Source: Candidatus Fraserbacteria bacterium
GTDB lineage: Bacteria; Bipolaricaulota; Bipolaricaulia; RBG-16-55-9; JANLFV01
Reading direction: 5' to 3'
NCBI GenBank assembly: GCA_037446135.1
Contig: JBBIJD010000016.1
Coordinates: 1 to 27,624 of the forward strand
DNA length: 27,624 nucleotides
A program made the position numbers and the translations under genes. Within the stretch, counting starts at the first letter, position 1, and every line of letters begins with the position of its first letter. A model generated the notes under the pieces. It saw nothing but the letters and a program-made list of their open reading frames with translations. It was not told the origin of the DNA and made no database searches. Positions 9,737 to 17,456 of this stretch are shown here, piece after piece.

Positions 9737-10933
9737 ATGAGGCCAATTCGGGAGATTCCCCAGGAGCTATTGGATGCAGCCGCAAGAGGGCTGGAGCGAC
9801 TCCGGACGACCATCACCCTTGACGATACTCAGCTGACACTATACAACTCCGGGATGAGCCGGGGCAGGGCCCGCTTCGGGCTCTTCACCCGGGACCTTCT
9901 CACCACAGCGTTGATGCTTCGCGATCCAAAGCTCTTAAGGGGAGCGATTAGATTCGCCCTCCTGACTCAGGGGAAGCGCTATGATCCCCTCACAGGGGAG
10001 GAGCCGGGGCGGGCGCTCCACGAGTTCGCCGAGGTGGAGATCCGAGGGTTGAAGACCCACTATAACGCGGCGGAGACGAGCCAACTCCTCCTGGTCGCCT
10101 CCGCGGATTACCTCAGGAGGTCAGGAGATCGATCCCTAGCGGAACGGTATAACCATGGCCTGAAAGCCGCACTCGACTACATCCTTTCTCACATCCGTGG
10201 AGGGCTCTTCTGGGAGGACCCCCAGATCTGTGGGGCTACACGGTATGCCTTGAGGGCCACTTACTGGAAGGATTCGCGCCTTCCAGGCCGTGCTGAGCCC
10301 TCCTACCCCGTGGCCTATACTTTAGTTCAAGCCCAGACCGTCGCGGCCCTGCGGGCCGCCGCGGAGTTGGCTGAGACGGTCGACCTTGGGCTCAGCCCCG
10401 CAGAGCTGGAAGGGCAGGCCACCAAGGGCCTCCGGGCCCTCCTCGACGAGTTGTGGGATAAGGAGCTCGACTATCCCCTGATCGCGAGAGATGGGGATGG
10501 GCCGATCGGGGGGATCTCATCAGATGGGCTCCACCTGCTCGCCTATCTCCGGCCCGAGGACCTCCCTCCGGAGAAGCTCGAGGCCATCTGCATTGCCTCA
10601 AGGCCATTGGAGACGCCCTACGGCTTCCGCACCTATGCCCCGGGCCAGCCCGATTACTCCCCGACCGCTTACCACTTAGGGGCGATCTGGCCGTTCGAGC
10701 AGTTCTTCATCGCTAAGGGGGCCCTCATCCATAGGCGAGAGGGATTGCTCGAGGTGGCCCTGCGCGTCGGCACAGCCCTGGAGAGGCTGGGCTTCCCCGA
10801 GCTCTTCTACTGGGATGAGCAGAGCGGATTAGTGGGCCCCGGGGCAGTCCCGGGCGAGGGGTGTGACCTCCAGCTCTGGTCGGCCGCCTGGCCCAGCGCG
10901 ATGGCGAGGCTGCTGAAGGAAGGGGCTGAGTGA
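9737..10933 (+). CDS. Amylo-alpha-1,6-glucosidase / glycogen-debranching C-terminal-like (alpha/alpha)6 glycoside hydrolase
   Basis: LFTRD, QG.RYDPLTGEEPG.ALHE, YWKDS, YGFRT, YHLGAIWP, FPELF and QLWSAA. The start was moved from GTG 9506 (inside the permease) to the in-frame ATG 9737. Confidence 0.8.
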   Translation: MRPIREIPQELLDAAARGLERLRTTITLDDTQLTLYNSGMSRGRARFGLFTRDLLTTALMLRDPKLLRGAIRFALLTQGKRYDPLTGEEPGRALHEFAEVEIRGLKTHYNAAETSQLLLVASADYLRRSGDRSLAERYNHGLKAALDYILSHIRGGLFWEDPQICGATRYALRATYWKDSRLPGRAEPSYPVAYTLVQAQTVAALRAAAELAETVDLGLSPAELEGQATKGLRALLDELWDKELDYPLIARDGDGPIGGISSDGLHLLAYLRPEDLPPEKLEAICIASRPLETPYGFRTYAPGQPDYSPTAYHLGAIWPFEQFFIAKGALIHRREGLLEVALRVGTALERLGFPELFYWDEQSGLVGPGAVPGEGCDLQLWSAAWPSAMARLLKEGAE

Positions 10934-10935
10934 GC

Positions 10936-10964
10936 TTGCCCTTATCCCTCGCGGGTGATATGAT
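10936..10964 (+). promoter_or_regulatory. Putative sigma70 promoter for treT
   Basis: TTGCCC (10936-10941), 17 nt spacer ending in TGA (extended -10), TATGAT (10959-10964); GGAGG SD. Confidence 0.7.
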
Positions 10965-10995
10965 CGCAAAATTAGACGGATCTGGAGGATAACTG

Positions 10996-12192
10996 ATGCC
11001 TAAGATCTCTGATTATGAAGGGATCATCGGGGCGGAGGAGCTCGCCAAGCTGAAGAGGCTGGCGGAGGAACTCCGTGGGCTCTCATTACTGCACATCAAC
11101 TCCGCCAAGGACGGCGGCGGGGTGGCGGAGATGCTCCACTCCCTCATCCCGCTATTCAACGAGCTTGGGCTCAAGACCCGCTGGGAGGCGATCACGGGGA
11201 CACCGCTCTTCTTCCACACGACCAAGAGCCTCCATAATGCCCTACAGGGGGCCGAGGTCGCTATTACCCCGGAGATGCTCGAGGAATACAAGAGGGTCAA
11301 TCGCCAGAATGCAGAGCGGCTCGATCTCCGCGCGGACCTAGTGATGGTCCATGACCCTCAGCCGGCGGCCTTGATCGAGCATAAGCGTAAGGGTAAATGG
11401 ATCTGGCGATGCCACATCGACCTCTCGAGGCCGGACCGGGGGACCTGGGCTCTCCTCGCTCAATATCTCGAGAGATACGATGCGGCCGTCTTCTCTATGG
11501 AGGAGTTCACCCAGGCCCTCCCTATCCCCCAGTTCATCGTCCCGCCCTCGATCGACCCCTTAAGCGACAAGAACAGGGAGCTCCCGCCCGCTAAGATCGA
11601 CGAGGTCTATGAGAAGTATGGTATCAACCGGGATAAGCCGATCATCCTCCAGGTCTCGCGGTTCGACCGGTTCAAGGACCCTCTAGGGGTGATCGAGCTC
11701 TACCGGCTCGTCAGGAAGGAGATCCCTTGCCGATTGGTCCTCGCTGGCGGTGCGGCCTCCGATGACCCCGAAGGGGCCGAGGTCTATCAAGAGGTCCTGA
11801 AGGCGGCGGAGCGAGCTCCTGAGGTCTATGTCCTGGACCTCCCGCCGAGGTCGGATATCGAGATCAATGCCCTACAGCGCGGTGCGGATGTCATCATCCA
11901 GAAGTCGTTGCGGGAGGGATTCGGCCTGACGGTCACCGAGGCGTTGTGGAAGGGGAAGCCGGTCGTGGCGACCGCGGTCGGCGGGATCAAGTTGCAAGTC
12001 ATCGACGGGAGGACTGGGCTCCTGGCGAACTCGATCCCTGAGGCCGCGGACCGCGTGAAGCACCTTCTCCGCTATCCCGAGCTCGCGAGGGAGCTGGGCC
12101 AGGCCGGGCGGGAGCATGTCCGCAAGAATTTCCTCATCACGAGGCACCTCAGGGACTATCTAAGGATCTACTCCTCCCTCGTCACCCGGTGA
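10996..12192 (+). CDS. treT: Trehalose glycosyltransferring synthase TreT (GT4)
   Basis: HINS...GGGVAEML, FFHTTKSLHNALQG, VHDPQPAALI, WIWRCHIDLS, PSIDPLSDKN, QVSRFDRFKDPLGV, QKSLREGFGLTVTEALWK and FLITRHLRDYL. Confidence 0.93.
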   Translation: MPKISDYEGIIGAEELAKLKRLAEELRGLSLLHINSAKDGGGVAEMLHSLIPLFNELGLKTRWEAITGTPLFFHTTKSLHNALQGAEVAITPEMLEEYKRVNRQNAERLDLRADLVMVHDPQPAALIEHKRKGKWIWRCHIDLSRPDRGTWALLAQYLERYDAAVFSMEEFTQALPIPQFIVPPSIDPLSDKNRELPPAKIDEVYEKYGINRDKPIILQVSRFDRFKDPLGVIELYRLVRKEIPCRLVLAGGAASDDPEGAEVYQEVLKAAERAPEVYVLDLPPRSDIEINALQRGADVIIQKSLREGFGLTVTEALWKGKPVVATAVGGIKLQVIDGRTGLLANSIPEAADRVKHLLRYPELARELGQAGREHVRKNFLITRHLRDYLRIYSSLVTR

Positions 12193-12222
12193 GCTCCGTC
12201 CCGTAACGCTCAACAGCGGGGC

Positions 12223-12260
12223 TTGACTTTCCCGCGGACTTGTGCTATCGTCTATACAAC
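12223..12260 (+). promoter_or_regulatory. Promoter of the GntR/peptidoglycan-recycling operon with overlapping HutC-subfamily operator-like site
   Basis: TTGACT (12223-12228), 17 nt spacer ending in TGC, TATCGT (12246-12251). GTCTATAC (12250-12257) fits the GT-N-TA-N-AC core bound by HutC/DasR/NagR regulators. Confidence 0.65.
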
Positions 12261-12293
12261 ATGTCGAGTAGGCCGGGCCCATGGGAGCGGACG

Positions 12294-13022
12294 ATGCTCA
12301 TCAATAGGAGCAGCCCCTTGCCGCTCTATTACCAACTGAAGGAGGTCCTGAAGGCGAAGATCGAGAGCGGCGAGCTAAGGCCGCATGAGCGGATCCCCTC
12401 TGAGACGGAGCTGGTCCAGCTCTTCCATGTCAGCCGGATGACGGTCCGACAGGCGCTCGTCGAACTGGAGAATGAGGGCTTCATCCGCCGGAGGCAGGGC
12501 CAAGGGACATTCGTGGCTGAGCCGAAGCTCCGCCAGGGGCTCCTCCGCTTGACCAGCTTCACTGAGGACATGCGCGCCCGTGGGATGAGGCCCGGGGCGC
12601 GGGTCCTGGAGGTCCGCCTCCTCCAGGCCCCGGAATTGCTCCCCCGGCTCAAGGCTGAGCCGGAGGAGGAGTTCGTCAAGATCCAGCGGGTCCGCCTGGC
12701 CGACGGCGAGCCGATGGCCTTGGAGACCTCCTTCTTGAGGAGGAGGTTCTGCCCGGGGATCGAGGAGCTCGACCTGACCGATCGCTCCTTGTATGAGACG
12801 CTCCGCGAGCGGTTTGGGCTCGAGCTCGGCTGGGCCGAGCAGGCCATAGAGGCCAAGCTGGCCGACGAGTATGAGGCGGAGGTCTTGAGAGTTCAGGTCG
12901 GCACTCCGATGCTCCTCATGGAGCGGACCACTTACCTTGCCGATGGCTCGACCCCCATCGAACATGTCCGTTCGAGCTATCGGGGAGACCGCTACCAGTT
13001 GTATGTGGAGTTGAGGCGGTGA
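12294..13022 (+). CDS. GntR family transcriptional regulator, HutC subfamily with UTRA domain (NagR/DasR-like)
   Basis: PLYYQLKE...IPSETEL...VSRMTVRQAL..L..EG.I.R.QGQGTFV, LTSFTEDM, RVRLADGEP and YRGDRY. The start was reassigned to ATG 12294 (GGGAG SD) because TTG 12240 lies inside the promoter. Confidence 0.93.
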   Translation: MLINRSSPLPLYYQLKEVLKAKIESGELRPHERIPSETELVQLFHVSRMTVRQALVELENEGFIRRRQGQGTFVAEPKLRQGLLRLTSFTEDMRARGMRPGARVLEVRLLQAPELLPRLKAEPEEEFVKIQRVRLADGEPMALETSFLRRRFCPGIEELDLTDRSLYETLRERFGLELGWAEQAIEAKLADEYEAEVLRVQVGTPMLLMERTTYLADGSTPIEHVRSSYRGDRYQLYVELRR

Positions 13023-13033
13023 CCCAGACCAGA

Positions 13034-13059
13034 TAAGGAGGTGGGAGATGACCGAGTAA
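13034..13059 (+). promoter_or_regulatory. Extra upstream Shine-Dalgarno plus 3-codon micro-ORF (ATG ACC GAG TAA)
   Basis: TAAGGAGGTG at 13034-13043; ATG 13048 lies 6 nt after AAGGAGG; the stop ends at 13059. The true SBP SD is at 13093-13100. Confidence 0.6.
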
Positions 13060-13107
13060 TCACGAGAACTGGTCAAACAGAGTTCAAGCAAGAAGGAGGT
13101 TCTTAAA

Positions 13108-14658
13108 ATGCGGAGCAATAGATTCAGAGTGGTGCTAGGGCTGATTACTGTCCTGGCTCTGGCCTTGCTCCTTGGAGGGCCTCAGCTTCAGGGGCAGGGG
13201 CCTAAGCGCGGCGGGACCCTCGAGATAGGGATTACCCAACAGATCCTTAACCTCGATCCCCATGTGGCTACGGCTTTCTCCTCTTTTAGGGTTATGGAGC
13301 ACATCTATGAGGGCCTATTGAGATACGACAACGAACTCAATCTCCAGCCGGCCTTAGCGGAGTCATGGACAGTCTCGCCCGACGGGAAGGTCTATACCTT
13401 CAAGCTACGATCAGGTGTGAAGTTCCATGATGGAAGCACTCTGACGGCTGAGGATGTGAAATACAGCTTCGAGAGGATCCTGAACCCCGACACGAAGTCC
13501 CCACAACGGAGCCGGCTCGAGCTCATCGAGCAGATCGAGATCATCAATCCTTTGGAGGTCAGGATCACCCTTAAGGAGCCGTTCGCCCCCTTCTTGGAGA
13601 CCATGGCCCTCGCTCCGGGGATCGGGATCGTGCCAAAGGACTTCGAGGCGAAGGTCGGCGACCCCAAAGTCAAGACACTCGGCACCGGGCCGTTCAAGCT
13701 CGTGGAGTTCGGCCCAGACTTCGTGCGCTTGGCCCGGCACGGGGAGTATTGGCAAGAGGGCTTGCCCTACTTGGATGGCTTGCTCATCCGGCAAATCCCC
13801 GATCCGGCCACGCTGCGGGCCGCGTTACGCACGGGGGAGGTGGATCTGATCTTCGGGTTCGGGGTCGATGTCACCGCTGCGGGGGCGTTCGCCGGTCTCG
13901 GGAACTTCGAGGTGATCTCCCTCCCCGAGCTCTCCTACAGTCTATTGGGGATCCAGAACCAGCGGGCGGCCTTCCAAGATGTCCGAGTCCGGCGGGCACT
14001 GAGCCTGGCCATCGATCGGCAGCAGCTCATCGAGATCGTCTACTTCGGGCGGGCCGCTGTGGGCGGGCCCCTGCCGCCGGCGGTTGCCAAGTGGGAGCCA
14101 CTGCCGCCCTCTGCCCTGCCGAACTATACCCCGGATATCGATAGAGCAAAGCAACTCCTCAAGGAGGCTGGCCATGAGGAGTTGAGCTTCAAGATCATGC
14201 CTATCCCCACTGTTCCCGACGCCTTGAAGATTGCCCAGGTGATCCAAGAGCAGCTCAAGGCCGTCGGCATCACCGCGGAGATCGAGTCGGTGGACTTCGC
14301 GACCTTCCTCCAGCGGTGGCGGGAGAGCGACTTCGATACATTTGTCTCACTGAACTCCGGGTTTACAGAGCCGGATCTCCACCTCTACCGCCATGTCTTC
14401 TCCCAAGGGACCACTAATGTCTTCAAGTTTAATGACCCTGAAACGGACCGACTCTTGCAGGAGGGAAGGACTACACTGGACTTTGAGAAGCGGGTGCAAA
14501 TCTATAAAGAGCTACAGATCAGGCTCGCGGATCAGGTCCCCTTCCTCTTCCTAGCCTATGCCGACATCTTTGCTATCAAGAGGTCCGATGTCAAGGGCTT
14601 CGCCTTGTTGCCGACCCAGTCGATCGTCTCCGTGCGGGAGACCTGGCTCGATCGCTAA
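13108..14658 (+). CDS. ABC transporter substrate-binding protein, family 5 (OppA/DppA-like)
   Basis: Signal peptide, KRGGTL, LDPH, PALAESW.VSPDG..YTFKLR.GVKFHDGS.LTAEDVKYSFER, GTGPFKL and DVRVRRALSLAIDR. Confidence 0.93.
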   Translation: MRSNRFRVVLGLITVLALALLLGGPQLQGQGPKRGGTLEIGITQQILNLDPHVATAFSSFRVMEHIYEGLLRYDNELNLQPALAESWTVSPDGKVYTFKLRSGVKFHDGSTLTAEDVKYSFERILNPDTKSPQRSRLELIEQIEIINPLEVRITLKEPFAPFLETMALAPGIGIVPKDFEAKVGDPKVKTLGTGPFKLVEFGPDFVRLARHGEYWQEGLPYLDGLLIRQIPDPATLRAALRTGEVDLIFGFGVDVTAAGAFAGLGNFEVISLPELSYSLLGIQNQRAAFQDVRVRRALSLAIDRQQLIEIVYFGRAAVGGPLPPAVAKWEPLPPSALPNYTPDIDRAKQLLKEAGHEELSFKIMPIPTVPDALKIAQVIQEQLKAVGITAEIESVDFATFLQRWRESDFDTFVSLNSGFTEPDLHLYRHVFSQGTTNVFKFNDPETDRLLQEGRTTLDFEKRVQIYKELQIRLADQVPFLFLAYADIFAIKRSDVKGFALLPTQSIVSVRETWLDR

Positions 14659-14674
14659 CGCGGAAGACAGTTCA

Positions 14675-14712
14675 GGAGGGGGAGGCTCATCGCGCGCTGG
14701 GCCTCCCCTTCC
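14675..14712 (+). terminator. Strong RNA hairpin after the SBP gene (no U-tract; stabiliser/attenuator)
   Basis: GGAGGGGGAGGCTCA-tcgcgcgc-TGGGCCTCCCCTTCC, a 15-bp stem with 2 G-U pairs ending 6 nt before ATG 14719. Confidence 0.7.
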
Positions 14713-14718
14713 AGTTCC

Positions 14719-15666
14719 ATGCAGACTTATATTATAAAGCGACTGCTTTTCCTAATACCCGTCCTGTTCGTCGTCTCCGTGATCGTCTTCTCCATCATTC
14801 ACCTGATCCCGGGAGACCCTGCCACCGTGCTGCTGGGGACCGAGGCCGCCGACCCTGGGCTGCTCACGAGACTGAAGAGCTCTCTGGGCCTGGACAAGCC
14901 GCTACATATCCAATACGCCTTATGGCTGGGGAGGGTCCTCAAGGGGGACCTGGGGCGGTCTGTCAGGACTGGCGAGCCTGTCCTCAAACTCATCCTCCAG
15001 CGGTTCCCCTTCACCTTGGAATTGGCCATTTATGCGCTCTTCCTGGCGGTGGTAGTCGCTATCCCTATGGGGACGATGGCTGCCACCACCTCCTCTAAGG
15101 TTGTTGACATTGCCTTTCAAACCATGACGCTGTTCGGGCTCTCCACGCCGGCCTTCTGGAGCGGCACCATGTTCATCCTCCTCTTCAGCGTCCATCTGGG
15201 CTGGTTTCCGATCGTCAACTTCCCCCCATTTGCCGCAGCTCCACTGAAGAACTTGCAGGGGTTCTTCCTCCCCGCCCTCACTGTGGCCATCCCGAATGCT
15301 GCGGCGATGGCCCGCATGGCTCGGGCCGCCGTGCTCGAAGTGAGCCAACAGGAATACGTCAAGGCCGCTCGGGCGAAGGGCCTTCCGGAAAAGATCGTTG
15401 TGTTCAAGCATATACTGAAGAACGCCATGGTCCCCATCATTACTCTGGTCGGGATCATCGCCGGCTACCTCCTGGGAGGGACCATCATTGTCGAACAGGT
15501 CTTCGCCATCCCGGGCCTGGGGAGGCTCAGTGTGGAGTCGGTCATCCAGAGGGATTACCCCTTGCTTCAGGCAGTAGTTCTCTTTGTCACCGTCGGCTTT
15601 GTAATAGTGAACTTAATAGTCGATCTCCTTTATGTCTTCCTAAACCCAAAGATCCGCTATGGATGA
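14719..15666 (+). CDS. Peptide/nickel-type ABC permease (OppB/DppB-like)
   Basis: YIIKRLL...IPGDPA, GLDKPL..QY..WL...L.GDLG.S, EYVKAARAKGL, VEQVFAIPGLG, RDYP and NPKIRY. Confidence 0.93.
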   Translation: MQTYIIKRLLFLIPVLFVVSVIVFSIIHLIPGDPATVLLGTEAADPGLLTRLKSSLGLDKPLHIQYALWLGRVLKGDLGRSVRTGEPVLKLILQRFPFTLELAIYALFLAVVVAIPMGTMAATTSSKVVDIAFQTMTLFGLSTPAFWSGTMFILLFSVHLGWFPIVNFPPFAAAPLKNLQGFFLPALTVAIPNAAAMARMARAAVLEVSQQEYVKAARAKGLPEKIVVFKHILKNAMVPIITLVGIIAGYLLGGTIIVEQVFAIPGLGRLSVESVIQRDYPLLQAVVLFVTVGFVIVNLIVDLLYVFLNPKIRYG

Positions 15667-16543
15667 AGCTCTGACTCACGAGGAACGCGTCTTCAGGACA
15701 GGTGCGCGGCGCCTACTGCGAGGGCTCCTGAGGAACAAGAAGGGCCTCGGAGGAGCGGCCCTCTTGCTTGCCATCTTCTCCATCGCCTTCTCTGCCCCGC
15801 TGATAGCCCCTTATGATCCCACCACGATGCATCCGGCTGAGCGATTCTCCGCCCCGACTAGCAAGTTCTTGCTGGGCACCGACTTCTACGGTCGGGACAT
15901 CCTGAGCCGGATCATCTACGGTTACAGGACATCGCTTTACATCGCCCTCTCTTCGGTCATGCTGGCCGTGCTCCTCGGGGGCAGTCTGGGGGTCTTAGCA
16001 GGTTACTTCCACCGCTTGGAGACCCCGATTATGAGGGCGATGGATGTCCTCTTCGCCTTCCCTGTGCTGCTTTTGGCCATCACCATCGTGGTCATTCTAG
16101 GCCCCGGCTCCCTCAGCACTATCTTGGCGATCGGGATCGTCTATACCCCGATCTTCGCGCGGATCGCGCGGGCCCCCGCTCTGGCCGTCAAAGAGGAGGA
16201 CTATATTGAGGCCGCCCGGGCGCTGGGGGCCTCCGACTGGCGGGTTATCGCGCGGCACATCCTGCCCAACGCGGCCATTCCCATATTCGTCCAGGCGACA
16301 ATCGAGCTGGCCGCGGCGGTCATCTTCGAATCGTCCCTAAGCTTCTTGGGGCTAGGGACTCAGCCCCCTCAGCCCTCCCTGGGGTTGATGGTAAGCGAAG
16401 GGCGGGGCTACCTGGAGCTAAGCCCCTATGCGACGGTCTTCCCCGGCGCGGCCATCGCCTTGGCCGTCCTGGGCTTTAACCTCCTAGGGGATGCTTTACA
16501 GGACCTGTTGAATCCTCAATTGCGAGGAAGGAGAGGAGGTTAG
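15659..16543 (+). CDS. Peptide/nickel-type ABC permease (OppC/DppC-like)
   Basis: APYDP, LGTDFYGRDILSRIIYG, DYIEAARALGA, RHILPN, LSFLGLG and FNLLGDALQD. Confidence 0.93.
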   Translation: MDEALTHEERVFRTGARRLLRGLLRNKKGLGGAALLLAIFSIAFSAPLIAPYDPTTMHPAERFSAPTSKFLLGTDFYGRDILSRIIYGYRTSLYIALSSVMLAVLLGGSLGVLAGYFHRLETPIMRAMDVLFAFPVLLLAITIVVILGPGSLSTILAIGIVYTPIFARIARAPALAVKEEDYIEAARALGASDWRVIARHILPNAAIPIFVQATIELAAAVIFESSLSFLGLGTQPPQPSLGLMVSEGRGYLELSPYATVFPGAAIALAVLGFNLLGDALQDLLNPQLRGRRGG

Positions 16544-16546
16544 ACC

Positions 16547-17455
16547 TTGGCCCAGCGGCAGCCCCTGACGGAGGAGAGGAACCCCAGCTCCCTCGGTCTG
16601 GATCGGAGATCGATCAAGGAGATCCTCCAGATCATGAACCTTGAGGACAAGAAGGTGGCCGAGGCCGTCGGCCAGGAGCTGGATCAGATTGCGCGGGCTG
16701 TGCAAGCCTTTATAAAGAGCTACAAGAGGGGCGGACGCATCTTCTATGTGGGGACGGGGACGAGCGGCCGCCTCGGGGTCCTCGATGCCGTGGAATGCCC
16801 GCCCACCTTCGGCGTCGCCCCCGAGCGCATTCAGGGCCTCCTTGCCGGAGGGGAACAAGCCTTCTCCCGGGCCGTCGAGAGTGAGGAGGACGATCGAGCC
16901 GCTGGAGAGAGATTGGTGGAGGAACGGGGCATGACCGAAAAGGACCTTGTTGTCGGGATCAGCGCCAGCGGGGAGACCCCCTTTGTCATCGGCTGTATCG
17001 CAGCGGCCAAGAGTAAAGGGATAAAGACGGTCGGGATCACGACTAACCCGGACTCCAGCTTAGTGAGATTAGTGGATATCCCGATAGCCCCCGTGGTCGG
17101 GCCGGAGGTGATCGCCGGCTCGACGCGGCTGAAGGCGGGCACGGCCCAGAAGATGGTCTTGAACATGCTCAGCACCGCAGCGATGGTCAAGCTCGGGAAA
17201 GTATATGACAATCTCATGATCGACATGCGGGCCACCAATCGAAAATTGAGGAGAAGAGCCGAAGAGATCCTGAAGGCACTGACAGGGGAAGACCCGCGAA
17301 AGATCAGGGAAGCCCTAGCGGAGGCTGACTATGAGGTGAAGCCGGCACTGGTGATGCTCAAAGCGGGGATCTCCTATGAGGAGGCGAGGAGGCTCTTGGA
17401 GAAGCATGAGGGATTTGTGAGAAGAGTGCTCAAGGAGCTAAAACTGGAGGGATAG
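16547..17455 (+). CDS. murQ: N-acetylmuramic acid 6-phosphate etherase
   Basis: TEERNP, GTSGRLGVLDAVECPPTFG, EDD, GISASGETP, GPEVIAGSTRLKAGTAQKMVLNMLST and GKVYDNLMID; TTG start with AGGAGGT SD. Confidence 0.96.
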   Translation: MAQRQPLTEERNPSSLGLDRRSIKEILQIMNLEDKKVAEAVGQELDQIARAVQAFIKSYKRGGRIFYVGTGTSGRLGVLDAVECPPTFGVAPERIQGLLAGGEQAFSRAVESEEDDRAAGERLVEERGMTEKDLVVGISASGETPFVIGCIAAAKSKGIKTVGITTNPDSSLVRLVDIPIAPVVGPEVIAGSTRLKAGTAQKMVLNMLSTAAMVKLGKVYDNLMIDMRATNRKLRRRAEEILKALTGEDPRKIREALAEADYEVKPALVMLKAGISYEEARRLLEKHEGFVRRVLKELKLEG

Positions 17456-17456
17456 G

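Noticed and set aside
13015..13085. DasR-like half sites (AGACCAGA, ACTGGTC) in the GntR-SBP spacer
   Set aside because: They are half-site matches only, with no proper dyad and no promoter seen there.
12375..13118. 247-aa minus-strand ORF (and 175-aa 12329..12856)
   Set aside because: Both are antisense to a clear GntR gene and look like shadow ORFs.
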